Of a DNA stretch of 64,000 nt, positions 44,773 through 58,159 are shown piece after piece (the stretch's first letter is position 1; every line of letters begins with the position of its first letter). The DNA is from the human T2T-CHM13v2.0 reference genome, Homo sapiens. Made by a program: the position numbers and the translations under genes. The notes under the pieces are model-generated. The model made no database searches, had not been told where the DNA came from, and was given only the letters and a program-made list of their open reading frames with translations. The DNA is taken from the NCBI RefSeq assembly GCF_009914755.1, contig NC_060927.1. The stretch is one strand, 5' to 3'.

Positions 44773-47700
44773 GAAATGCTTATTGACCTGAAAACCTGCA
44801 AACCCCACTGTTTAACTGAGCCCTTGGTAATCCTATAGAAACAATGATTGACTGTGAAAGTCTCTGTCCCTGGCGGCATTTATAAATGGCATGTATAAGA
44901 ATCAAATGCTGACTGTTGATCCTGGATTTCATATGAAAATATTATTTTAAAATAGCACATGCTTCAGTGGAGAAATAATTTGTATGGTCTACTGGATTAG
45001 TCTTTGATACTATAATTTGAGCTCATTTTTAAAAAACAGCCAAATCTGGTTTTAAGGTAATTCTCTATGCCCAGAGTCTTAATTATGTGTCAATTTCTCT
45101 GTGCAAATCTATTGATTTTGGCAGACTTACAAATTTAGCATTCAAGCAAGAAGAATATGTCAAAATTGGCTCAAATTTCCTGTGCTTCCAGATTTGTTAG
45201 AAGTTTCTTTGTTTTGTAATCATTTATTTTATTACATATTTTGCTTTTATCCATTCCTTTCCAGGGTCCCAGTACAATTAAACTGCAATCCCCAGAAGTT
45301 TCCTGTTATGTGCTCAAAAACTGAATCTAATATTTGTAGATAATGAATTCCAGCAGGATCATTCTGATAGCCCTGCACTTCTAGAAATTCTGACGTTTTG
45401 GATCTCCCTCTTTCTGGCTCCTATTCTTCTACTTCCCTTCCAAAGAAGATCCTTTGCCTCACTCATTTTCATTAAGCTAACTGGGAAACAGCATTGACTC
45501 AGGTTCTTATTTCTGAGTTTTCCCCAGAAGTAGGAAGAACAGTAGTGCAAGGAATAACATTGCATAAGAAGATTGCAGCTTTTATTTCAGGGTCTCTTTC
45601 ATTTGGCATATAATGCAAGTGGCATGCTGTGTGTTTCATTTTAACTTCGTTAAGCTTGTGTTTTCACCGGGGCCTTACAAATAGTGGTCAACGGCCATTT
45701 CACAGAATGGAAGTCAGGGTTCTTGGATTCTAACCCTGGTCCTTCTCTTACAGTGCTGTAAAATTTGGGCCACTCAATTCTCTTTTGGCCTTTATTTTCC
45801 ATCTGTAAAATGGGATGCCTGGAATACTAGTGTTCCATTAATGTGGCAGGGTGCAGCTGCAGAAAGATAGGGTGGTAAAGGGTGGGGAGAAAGAATGCCT
45901 TTTTTAAAAAAAATCAGTCAAAGGGGCTCTATTTTAATATACTATATATAGAAATGACACTGTAGCTTTCATCTGTGTATCAAAACCCCAATCTGGAAAC
46001 TAGCATTGGCCCCTCTAGAATAAAAGATTTTAAACATCACTTCCTCCATGAAACCAGTTTCTGGTCTTCCTATTCCCCACTTGAATGTGACTCTTTCTTT
46101 CTTATGAGGTTTCAAAGACACAGAAAATTTTGTACAGAATCCCATGCATCTAATTTACCTGATGCATGGATTCTTGCCATAAACAATATTCTTGACAGCC
46201 TCAATGTCACAATCACAGACCTGAAGGAACCTAAATAATTAAGCTGATCCAGCCACTTCTATTCACAGGAATTCATGGAAGATGCTCAGAGAGAGAAAAG
46301 TAAAACTTGCTGAAATCGTTAATGTCCCTAGGGTTAAGTCACTTTATCATTAATGGAATAATGGGGAGTGCGATAAAAATAATCCTATAACTGGTATTAT
46401 GGTTGACAATTTTCCCCATGGGTCTTGTGTTATAATTATGCGCCATTTGAAATCCTCTATATTAGATGTGAGCTCATTGATGGGAGGAACCCTGTTCTAG
46501 TGTGGATCTTACAACTAGTGGTCAATGGCAATGTCATAGGACTTGGAGGGAGTCTAGGTTCCTGGATTCTAATCCTGGATCTTCCATTTGATTGCATTTA
46601 CTTTGATCAACTCGATTCTCTTTTGAGCTTTATTTTCCCATCCATAAAATGCAATGGTTGCAGTACTAATGTTTCATTAATGTGGCAGACGGGCAGTGGC
46701 AGAAAGATAGAGAGCTGGTGGGGAACATCTTCCTCTAACCCATACCCAGGTCTTGCACAACACACATGAGGGTAAGTGACATAAAAACAGTATCAAAAAG
46801 TAGATATCTATGACGGTTTATCAGATTAAATGAAAGGCTCAATGGCTTTTATTTTAATACAGCTAGAAACCTGACCTTAGGTCTACCAATATTTTCTCTT
46901 TCCCCATTTTCCCCTCTGCTCTCTTCTTTTCAGATGTACTTTCATTGTGTAGACTACTAACAGGACAATGCAGGGGTAGGGCCAAGGAAAAACAGAGAAA
47001 TAACTAGAGGAAACGATATAGTACAGTAGAGCAGAAAGGAGTGTGGTCAAGAGAAATAGCTTCTTTCAACAACAGTCTGCAGTCCTCTTCAGTACTAAAA
47101 CCAGCAAAACACACATACAACACTAGGAACGCCACTCAGAAGGCTGACACCAAATTTTTTTTTTAGAGATATGTGTAGGCCATTTGGCAAATGATGACAA
47201 GGTCTGGTGGAAAATACTCGGCTAGAAAATCAGACAGCAGGAAAGGAGGGATGAATAAAAAGACAGAAAAAGAATTATAGAAGAAAGATGAATGGAAAAA
47301 AAAAAGACAGGAGGAATTATTTTTCCTAATGAGAAATGCAACATTTTCCACCAGACAACTGTGACTCTTGGCTGAATAACTTATGTATCATGTGAATGAA
47401 AGTGCAGGGTGGAGGGGGCAGTCCAGGAAGATGTGTCTTATGTCCACTTTGTCTCTGAAGGCAATGGGTTTACTGCAGGTCTCAAGTGCACCACTGATTC
47501 ACTAGACCACCCCTCAAGGAGGTAGCCATGACTGTTACATAGAGGCTGGAAAGAGTAGGAGACTGGAAGTGAGAAAACCTATTCTGGGCCAAGCTCCATT
47601 TGCTTTCCCTTCTTGATTTGTTGTAGAATCTGTGAGGCCAGTGTCATCATCTGTTAAGTGACAGGGATAGATTTTTTCATGATCTTTGAGGGCTCTTTCA

Positions 47701-48160
47701 AGCTATAGCATTTTTATAATTTTAATAACTACCACTTCCACCCTTGTTAGATTACATTTCTTGAACAAAATAATTACCCTTTCCTCCCTTGCTTTTACGT
47801 CACTGCCCCAAAGCAGTTAGTTGACTTGAAGGTGTTCTTTTGGAGTCTCTTCCAGCTATAAAATCTGTGACTCTAAGAAATCCACAGTTTACTTAATTCC
47901 TTAGCAATACAAAAGAATAGTCATTATATCAAATCCAGCAAGTCTTCATTTAGGTGAACCTATCCACCTTTCAAAATGTATCAAGTCTCGCCTATGAGGA
48001 AGTTGACATTTTATCAAGCATTTCCAAGAGAATTTCACAGCTACCCCTTTGGAGTTTATCAATGAGCAGATGATATTAGTAACAGAATCCATTTGATTCT
48101 GAGAGACGAGGTCTATGAAGAAAGGGAGGCAGCAGTTTATTAATTTCCATTGTTAAAGGA

Positions 48161-48851
<691 letters not shown>

Positions 48852-49430
48852 TCATCTAATTAAATTTTAAGCCTCTGTGGCACTTATCACTTATACGGGC
48901 AATAGATGACTGGTAAGGAGCTGACCAGGCTTTCAGATATGGGACAATCCCAAGGAGGAACAATTGTGATTCTAATTCCTTAGCACACGGGACCTAAAAT
49001 CTAGCTAGATGAACAATCTCTCAGGTTTTCTTCCTAAGGAGTGAGACATAAAGATGGTGACCTGTAAGTTTTGATGGTTTAAGCACAAAAAAGTGTTCAG
49101 TTGTTAAAGAGAGGGGGGAAAAGCTTCATCTTTTGAGGAAATAACCATTAGAACAATTTCATAACAGCTATTTCAAGAAGATATGAAATCAATCTTCTAT
49201 TTGAAATAATTTGCAGATAAAATATACATATTCTACAAATAGGTAAAAATAATTTAAATATGAAATTCAGGAAAGCATTTTTATTCTAAACTAATAAGAT
49301 CTATATGATGCACTTGTCTGGGTTTTCAATTTCATTTTAAGGCATGCATTATAGAAAGAGATAGCAGTTGATAAAACAGAGTAAGAGTGAGGAAATTCCT
49401 AGAGTTTACTTTGTTTTCCCCTAGGAACCA

Positions 49431-49654
49431 CTAATCAAATAGATTATGGTCAAGATAAAGGAAGTTCCAAGAGGACTCTAGGACCAAAATAGAATTGTCT
49501 AATGTAATTGTGTCTTTATTTTTCCCCTTCCTTTTAATCCTAATCAAATAGATTATGGTCAAGATACAAGAAGTTTCAAGAGAGGACTCTAGGACCAAAA
49601 CAGAATTGCCTAATGTAATTGTGTATTTATTTTTCGCCTTCCTTTTAATCCTAA
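49431..49654. repeat. About 110-bp tandem duplication (2 copies)
   Basis: 49431-49539 vs 49540-49650: 7 substitutions plus a 2-bp indel. Confidence 0.95.
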
Positions 49655-52600
49655 GAAGAAAAACAAAGGTCAAATGGAACAAAGCAACAACACAGAAACA
49701 AAACAAGCAGGGGCAAGCTTGTTTTGAGTAGAAAAATGAATAAATAAACAGCATTTTTTTTTCCTTTTTTTAAATGGTTGGGAAAAGTGGGAGAAAAAAA
49801 AAAAAAACCAGACACTGTCAAACCATTCCTGATTATAAAGGACACAGATAAGAAAGAAAAGTATCCCTCATGTTTGTTTAAATTCCAGAATTGTGCATGA
49901 AACAGGTACAATATGTCAAGGGTATTTTGAAGTATAGTTTTAAGTAATAAGAACTAAAGAAGAAAAAGTGGGGTGGGAAAGGGGGTGAAAGTTTGCAACA
50001 TTAGCCAGAACTTGTAAGTAGAAAATAGTGAGAAGTCAGGCAGTCAACAGTCCTGAAACGTTCTCTTCCAACTGACCAGCCAGGAAGCCAAACAACTAAA
50101 GTGAGAAAACCTCCTGCCACCATGCAGAAATCTTCCTCAACAACATTTCATATGCATGGAACCAAGTTATTATTCATTCAACAAACATACACTGAACCAC
50201 CCCCTGTTTTAGGTATTTGGAGGGAAGATGGTTGTGAATCACCCAACTCAGACCTACTGAGCCTGTATCTGTAATTTTGAATCACATTTTAAAGCCCCTG
50301 ATGATTAATAATAATTATCCATTTAGTAATCATCCAAATCTGGGAACCTCTGCTTTAGGAGATACAAGAATCACTAAGACAGTTCTTGATTTCAGGAAGC
50401 TCACCTAAGTAATAACGAAATTATCACTTTTTCCAAAACAAGGTTAAAAATGAAAAATGACAGAAGAGGAACAAAATTGTTACTGTGGGAATTCAGAAAA
50501 TGGAGAAATGGTATACTTTTGGGAGTTGTAGATGGAGTGAAGGAAGAACTCACAGAAATAGGTGCATTTATATGTTAGGATAGTTATGATTTGAACATGT
50601 AGAAGAGGAAGAGGAAAGGTCTACTATTTTAACTAATAAAAAGAATAAATGTATCTCCAATGGTTACTGAGAATCAGGCCCTATGCTGGGTGCTTTACAT
50701 CACTCATCTCTTAAACTTAACTTAAAATAGGAACGTAGGCCCCATTATTTCCCCATTTTGCAGATGGGAGAACTAAAGCTGAAAAATCTTATGGAATTTG
50801 CTGACAGTCACACAGATAGAGACTGGGAAAACTAAAAATTAATCCCATATCTATCCATTCTAAAGCCTCTACACCTCCCAAGAAAGACTAAACAAGGCCA
50901 AGAGATGCAGAAGTGTCAGGCATAAGACAAAGCACTCATTGTTACCTTTGGCTGGAAGGCGGCAGAGTTGGGGAAGATAGGACTGGGAAGGTTGAGAGGG
51001 AGCCAGGCTGTGGATGCTATGGTAACCTATTTGAGCTTTATATGGTAGCAAGAGGAAGTCCACTGAAGGTTTCTGAGCAGAGAATGCAATGATAAAAGCT
51101 ATATATTACGTCTTAGGCTATGAATCATGGGTTATCTCTAACAATCTTAAATGATAAAAATCAAAAGTTTGAAGAGTCTCACACTGCCTTTAAACAAAAA
51201 GTATGGCTAGGAGCCACGTGAAACTACTGCCTCATAGCTGTCTAGGCAAATTCCCAACATGCCAGGCCTTGAAAAAATTCAACAGAGCAAGGCTCATGAA
51301 AGATGTAGTGAGTATCTGTTACCCTGCAAGACAAGGATATACTCATCCCTGGAGCTGTCCAAATCTGGCATAAGGATAGCCCTGGGGTATGCAGCATTCT
51401 CTGGGACCTGATGTGAACCTACAGGCCAGTGGGCACAGGAAAGCTATCGGAATCAGTTATTGGAAGAATCCAGACTCCTGACTCCCAGCCCTGTGCTCAT
51501 TTCAACAGATCATTTGGTATGCCACTAAATATGTGACACTGAGCAAACCTCTTTACCTTTCTATTAAACATTTAGAAACATCCCTTTCCTCATCTGTGAA
51601 CCAAGAAATTGAACTCATTGGGTCTCAGATTTCATGATTTTTCATCCTTCTTCCCCTCCAACACACCAGCACAAATAATCTGCTTTCATCGGAGGCCCAC
51701 TCAGCAGGATTTGGGGGAGCAGTAACATCTCCTGAGAGCTTCTATAGTTGGAAAATCTCTTAGCTGAGAATAATTGTACTTTCTTAGCTTTATGAAGCAT
51801 TCCAGTCCTCCCTCACTGAATTTGATCTAGTCCAGGATTATCCTTTTAAGTGCAAACTGGATCACTGATGTCAAAAGCAATTAAACAATACAGGGCACCA
51901 TGACCATATCCAGTCACATGGCAGGGAGTTCCTCATCCTAACATCAGGGAATCAATGCCCTAGAATCCAGACCTGTCAGAGCTCCAGGATGTTCTTTTAT
52001 TATTTGAGAGGTTTTTTTTTTTTTTTTCAGTCTCAAAAGATGGTGTGTGTGCGTATTCATAAGTGAAATTCCAAGGAAGCCAAGCAAAGGCTAAAACTGG
52101 GGCTTTCTTGGGGGCTGGGGGAGGGGGGTGAAGGGGAGAGAAAAACCATGATGCAGTTTTAGAGGTTCACAAACTCCAACTTTCAAAAACGAATTTCCAA
52201 AAGGATAAAATATTTTCTTCTTAAGAGATTATCAATTATGTAGATCCAAGAAACTGCCAGAGAAGAGAAGTAGGGAGAAGACGCAAGACTTGTTCTGCTC
52301 TCAGAAATATTGCTGGTAGAACTGAAATGAACACACGAAGCCACGGATCTTTGAAAGAACTTCTTAAACTTCATTAATTCATCAGACAACACCCAGTAAT
52401 TCACTTACAGAGTGTGACTTGTTCCTGTAATCAATTCACCACAAAAATTTGAGGTATGTTAAACCTATGGCTTCACCTTCTTTGACCTCCAACCAGGGAA
52501 CCGGAGGGGAAATGACTGACAAATGCTGACATTAACAGTGAAGCAAGCAGAATTCCAGAACCAGGGAAACCCACATATTGAGAGTTACCTCATGGTTATT

Positions 52601-53185
52601 TGTTTTTATAGGACTGACCTTGACTATGTATTCTTTCTCCAGATATGAGAAAGGAAAATATGTCCAAAATTTGTGACAGAATTAACAGCAGGACTGCTAA
52701 CCTTACATCCGAGACTCCTGGGAGGACCAAGCTACAGGGACCACCCATGTTCTGCTCTGGGAACTAGCTTATGATAACTTCACCGTCAGACACTCAAGGT
52801 CCCCTCTCTGCCTGGTGTTGACTGATTTCTGTAAGACCACCAGAAATTGTGTAAATCACTTAGAAGAAATTAGAGTTATACTTCATACATGCCTTAGCAA
52901 TCAGGAGGCACAAGCAAGCAGAAGACAAGTCCTGGAAAGGATTCAGACTTTCTCCTCATTTCTTGCCCAAGATACTAGTCCAGTGAACTCCAACACCTTA
53001 GCCACAACACAAGGAAGTTAAGATTTATACTTAGTTGAAATTTCGTGCACTCCACCAACAGTTGCCAATCTGAGAGAACCCTACCACAGATGAGGGCAGA
53101 GATCTTGTGGGATGAGCTGCAAAAGGCATTTGGATATTTGAACATGGTATGTACTTTCATCTCCTTAGAAACACAGCCTGGTCCA

Positions 53186-53700
<515 letters not shown>

Positions 53701-54220
53701 TTAACACAGAAAACGAGAAAGAAGGGTTAAGAGTGTCAATTTGAAGGAAAATTGGGTGAGTGGCAGTGGAGGTTGAAGAACTCATTCAAATTCCCTCTGC
53801 TGAAGCATCCAGAGAGATCTTCAAAGTTATGGATGTGAACAATATGTCAATATGCATACTATACCTCCTGACGCTAACTTTAGGCAAGTTAGGCATACAA
53901 AAATAAAACTAGAAAGAGAGGACTGATGCCTAGTAACCCAGTCCAATGCATACCACCAGAAAACGTAAGCCCTCTATCAAAGGAGAAAAAGTCAACACTT
54001 AGGGTGGATACTTTGACTGAGACTGCCTCAAACAGCTTCGCCTCCTCCAAGCATACCTTCTCTTTAACCTTTGATCTTTACTTTTTTGTAGGTGAAGGGG
54101 AGAAGAGAGAGAAATTTGTTTTGGAACAGGTCTTTCAACTTCACTATTTTGAAGATTCTTTTAAACTTCAGAGAAAAGGTGCAGACTACAGTATAGGAAG
54201 GATAAGAGAGAGGAGACAAA

Positions 54221-54298
54221 AGAAATGGGAAGTGAGAAGGGAGAAGAGAAATGGGAAGTGAGAAGGGAGAAGAGAAATGGGAAGTGAGAAGGGAGAAG
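54221..54298. repeat. 26-bp minisatellite, 3 perfect copies
   Basis: agaaatgggaagtgagaagggagaag x3. Confidence 0.95.
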
Positions 54299-54539
54299 AT
54301 AAATTGTACTAGATTCAGCTTTGTCAATGCCTCATGAATTAGTGCTGAATGGGTACTTTAAACATCACCTTATCAGGACAGTCCTCTTTTTGAGAGAGAA
54401 GCTGGCTCTGAGAAAGAGAGAAAAAGACTTGTCCAAGTTAATCAATTGTTGCATACAGAGATAGGGCCACCAGATATCTGGATTCACAAACTGAGACACA
54501 TATTTAAGGAGACCCAATTCGAAAGACTGAACAGAGATG

Positions 54540-55460
54540 ACGGGGGCAGCAGGGAGGGCTCAAGAGAGCGTGTGAGAGCCGCAGGGGCTTTGCAGTGGAG
54601 GAGCGCTCTGTGGGTACCTTGATGTAGGCCCGCTGCAGGTAGTTGTAGGGCACTCTGCGCTGGAAGTCGCTGCGCACATCCTCGCTGACGCGGTGGCGGG
54701 ATGCGGGGCCCCCGAGGCGCTGGGTCTCACAGCTGCGATAACAGCGCGCCCGCCCCAACAAGGAGCGGAAAAGGGGCAGCTCAGCGCCGGGGCCCTCGCC
54801 GGGGGGCGGGGGCGGGAGCGGGTGGCGCGCCGCGCAGTGGCGGGCACAGCGCGTGCGGATTTCCCGCAGGCGCCGGTGGCTGCGCAGCGCCGCTTCCAAG
54901 TCGCGCACCGCTCGCTCGTAGTCTCCGCTGTAGTAGGCGGCCGCGCCGCTGGCGTAGAGCAGGTCGAAGGGCTGCAGAGGCCCGGGCTCCAGCTCCAGCT
55001 CCCGGCGTGGGCTGTCCGGGGGGCCGCCCCACAGTGGCGGCGGCAGTAGCAGCGGCAGCAGCAGCAGCAGCGGCGGCGCCCAGATGCGCTCCCGCATCCT
55101 CCGCCTCAGAGAGGCGCGGGACGGTTACGCTCGAGAGGGCTTCGGGGCACCTCGCGTCCGGGTCCCCTCTCCCACCTTCCCTCGGGGAAGCGCGCCGACT
55201 CCGCCGCGATCTGGCCGCTCCGCGAGCCCCAGGTGACCGCCGGCGCTCCGCGTACTGAGAGGCGGAGGCCGTGCCTGGCCAGCCGCTCTTAAAGGGACGC
55301 CCACAGCTCACACGCTCCTCCTGCTGCCTGAGACTCCGAGAGCCGCTCTCCCAGGCTCCCCGCTGCAGCGGCGGGGCTGCCAGGGGCGGCACACTCCAGC
55401 GCCAGCCAGAGAGCTAGCGCCGCTTGAGGCCGGCCGGGGACGAGGCGCTTTACACGTGAG
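54540..55460. promoter_or_regulatory. CpG island: P3H2 promoter and 5'UTR
   Basis: Abrupt rise in GC and CpG density around exon 1. Minus strand has TATA-like TTTAAGA at about 55293-55287 and Inr-like TCAGT at about 55258-55254. E-box CACGTG at 55453-55458. Confidence 0.9.
54618..55097 (-). CDS. P3H2: Prolyl 3-hydroxylase 2 (leprecan-like 1), coding part of exon 1 (160 codons: signal peptide plus N-terminal CRTAP/leprecan-like region)
   Basis: Translation MRERIWAPPLLLLLPLLLPPPLWGG...FDLLYASGAAAYYSGDY...CARHC...CYRSC...DFQRRVPYNYLQRAYIK is recognised as the P3H2 N-terminus, with a Leu-rich signal peptide and CxxxC motifs of the leprecan family. The ATG has A at -3 (ggaggATGc). A phase-0 donor AAG|GTACCC follows codon 160. 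Confidence 0.96.
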
Positions 55461-55646
55461 CTCCCTTCTGGTTGTACAAGTGGATAGTATTAGTCTTCTT
55501 TTTGGGAAATAAAGAAAATCCAGCTTAGCAAGGTTAGGGCCTTAATCATATTCTGGAATCTCTGTATGGCCTCGCAGTTTGCAGAGTGCTTCACCTTCTA
55601 AATGAAGCCTGGAGCGCCATTTCAGACTGAATCAAACCGTAGATGC

Positions 55647-55743
55647 CATGTGTACCTACGCAACAAATCTGCGCATTCTGCACGTGTATCCCGGAACGTA
55701 AAGTTAAAAAAAAAAAGAATAAATAAATAAATAAATAGAAAAA
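55647..55743 (+). mobile_element. Very short L1PA 3' terminus with A-rich tail, inserted in a MIR
   Basis: catgtgtacctacgcaacaaatctgcgcattctgcacgtgtatcccggaacgtaaagt plus tail. Degenerate TSD aaaccgtagatgcc / aaacccatagaggcc. Confidence 0.8.
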
Positions 55744-56175
55744 AAACCCATAGAGGCCCTGTAGGCCCAGATGCGGAGGTTTAAGAAGATAAGTGATTTG
55801 CCTAAATGCATAGAGCTGAGAAGTGGCAAAGGACGGACCCAACCCAGGGCCTTTAGAACCAAAGCTTACCGCTTCTTCTCTTGGGGAAGGTTTCTCCCTT
55901 ACCTTTTCGTCCAACTTGGTGTGGATGTGTGTCCGGGCATTGGATCAGGGCGCTGGGCCAGGGGAAGAACAATATATAGCCTGCCTTTCCTGTGCAGCCC
56001 GTGGTTTTACAGGGCCCAGAGAACCTTTGGAGGCAGGAGGAGCTGTACTCGCATTCTGGCTCCGTCCGTTTACCAGCTGTGTGACCTTGGCAACTGAGGG
56101 CCTCAGTTTCCTCATCTCCTAAACAGCCAGACGCCTAACACGTAAAATGCTATTCAGAAAAAAATTCTTGCTGTG

Positions 56176-56517
56176 GGCCAGGTGCAGTGGCTCACCCCTG
56201 TAATCCCAGCACTTTGGGAGGCCAAGGCGGGTGGATCACCTGAGGTCAGGAGTTCGAGACCAGCCTGGCCACCATGGCAAAACCCCGTCTCTACTAAAAA
56301 TACAAAAATTAGCTGGGCGTGGTGGCACGTGCCTGCAGACCCAGCTACTCAGGAGGCTGAGGCAGGATAATTGCTTGAACCTGGGAGGTGAAGGTTGCAG
56401 TGAGCTGAGATCATGCAGCCTGGGTGACAGAGTGAGACTCCGTCTCAAAAACAAAAAAAACAAAGAAAAAGAAAAGAGAGGAGAGGAGGGGAGGGGAGGG
56501 GACGGGAGAGGAGAGGG
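56176..56517 (+). mobile_element. AluS with a small right-arm deletion and polypurine (GGGGA/GAGAG) tail
   Basis: Dimer. aaattctt occurs on both flanks. Confidence 0.92.
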
Positions 56518-56568
56518 AAATTCTTATTCTAAGAGTTGAACAAAGAGGCAATTTAGTATATCCCTTAC

Positions 56569-56800
56569 CTCAAGGAATTAAGCAATCTGCATCAATCTAG
56601 GAATGAGAAAGCTGACAGAAATGGTTGCCAGATTCCAAACGACTAGCTGGAGGCTTCCTGTTCCTCCCCTTCTCCTCTGTCACGAATACATTCTTAGCCA
56701 AGGTGTTCCCCTCTTTCGTGTTCCTTGGCTTCACACTCTCACAAGAATATTGGTTGGACCCTGGATCCCAGCCTGCCTCCTGGAGGCATTTCTGTGGTCT
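56569..56800 (-). other. P3H2: Probable alternative non-coding first exon of P3H2 (upstream boundary approximate)
   Basis: Strong minus-strand donor GAG|GTAAGG (plus strand ccttac|ctc, GT at 56568-56567) in unique sequence 1.5 kb upstream of the ATG. Consistent with my recollection of an upstream-initiated P3H2 transcript variant. Confidence 0.5.
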
Positions 56801-57559
56801 TCTAGTGCCTGTGAGAATCTCATCAGTCTTTCAGCCCCTGCAATGGTGAGCAGAGGGACAGGCAATGGGAAAAAGACTCACGCATGTATCTAGTTGCTAT
56901 GATTTTTCCGAAGAAGGCTTTTATGTGGAATCACCACTACGCTGAGGGGCTTGCCAGAGATTCATGCTGATTCCTTCATTCATTTTGTTAGGTTTGACCA
57001 CTCAGGCCATGAACAGCCCTGGCTGTGTAATTCCAAGAGACACTGATGAATCATGCTCTTTTTTTTTCCCACCAAACGTTACTAATTCGGCTCATATCAC
57101 TGATGAAAAAGCTCCAGTTTGGAGCTGAATGTATATTGAATGCCTTGGATGGTCAGTGTTCCAGAATTAGCACATCAGTCATCTGCCCAGACTTTTTCTC
57201 TAGAGATTGTCTGTTTTCAGATAAAGATTTTGGAGTCTAGTCCAGGGTTATCAGTCCACTTGTGGAAGGTTTTGAAGCACATCAGGATAGGAACTCCTGC
57301 TGTGGGACTGAGGGCAAAGTGCCAGGATACCTTGCTACATTCTATTTGTACATTTGGTGACATTTCTACATCATTTAATATATTTCAATTAAATTAACAA
57401 TTTTTGATGCCTACTCTTAAAGTAAATATTCTAGGTGAAAGAGAAGATAAGTCAGGATTCTTACCTTTGGGAAGCTCACAGTACTGTATAGGAAACAAAT
57501 TTGATATATATAATGTATACAGCTATAATACAAGGTAGAATGTGGTACGTGTTAGATTA

Positions 57560-57897
<338 letters not shown>

Positions 57898-58159
57898 AGC
57901 TCTGGGAACACAGAGGTTACAAAGATAGCTTCTGGCTAGAAGGATCTAAAAAGACTTAGGGAAATAATTGGCATTAGCACACAGTCAATAGCCTATAGAA
58001 TGCAACCACATCCTACTGATTGCCAAATTGGCCAGGTTCTTTCAAGCCTCTTGTATGTCCTACTACCTTATTTCTTATATCTTACTACAAGTAGTAAGTA
58101 AGTAATATGCCTTGTATTACTACCTTACGTACAATCTCTGCCTGACTTGAGAGAAACTA

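Noticed and set aside
54504-54617. C-terminal 37 aa (VPTERSS...IGSP) of the 197-aa ORF
   Set aside because: This is read-through past the exon 1 donor into the intron and has no leprecan similarity.
54560-55392. Overlapping long ORFs in other frames and strands (95, 118, 185 and 203 aa)
   Set aside because: Expected from the scarcity of stop codons in a GC-rich island. The translations are low-complexity Ala/Arg/Gly/Pro with no recognisable domain.
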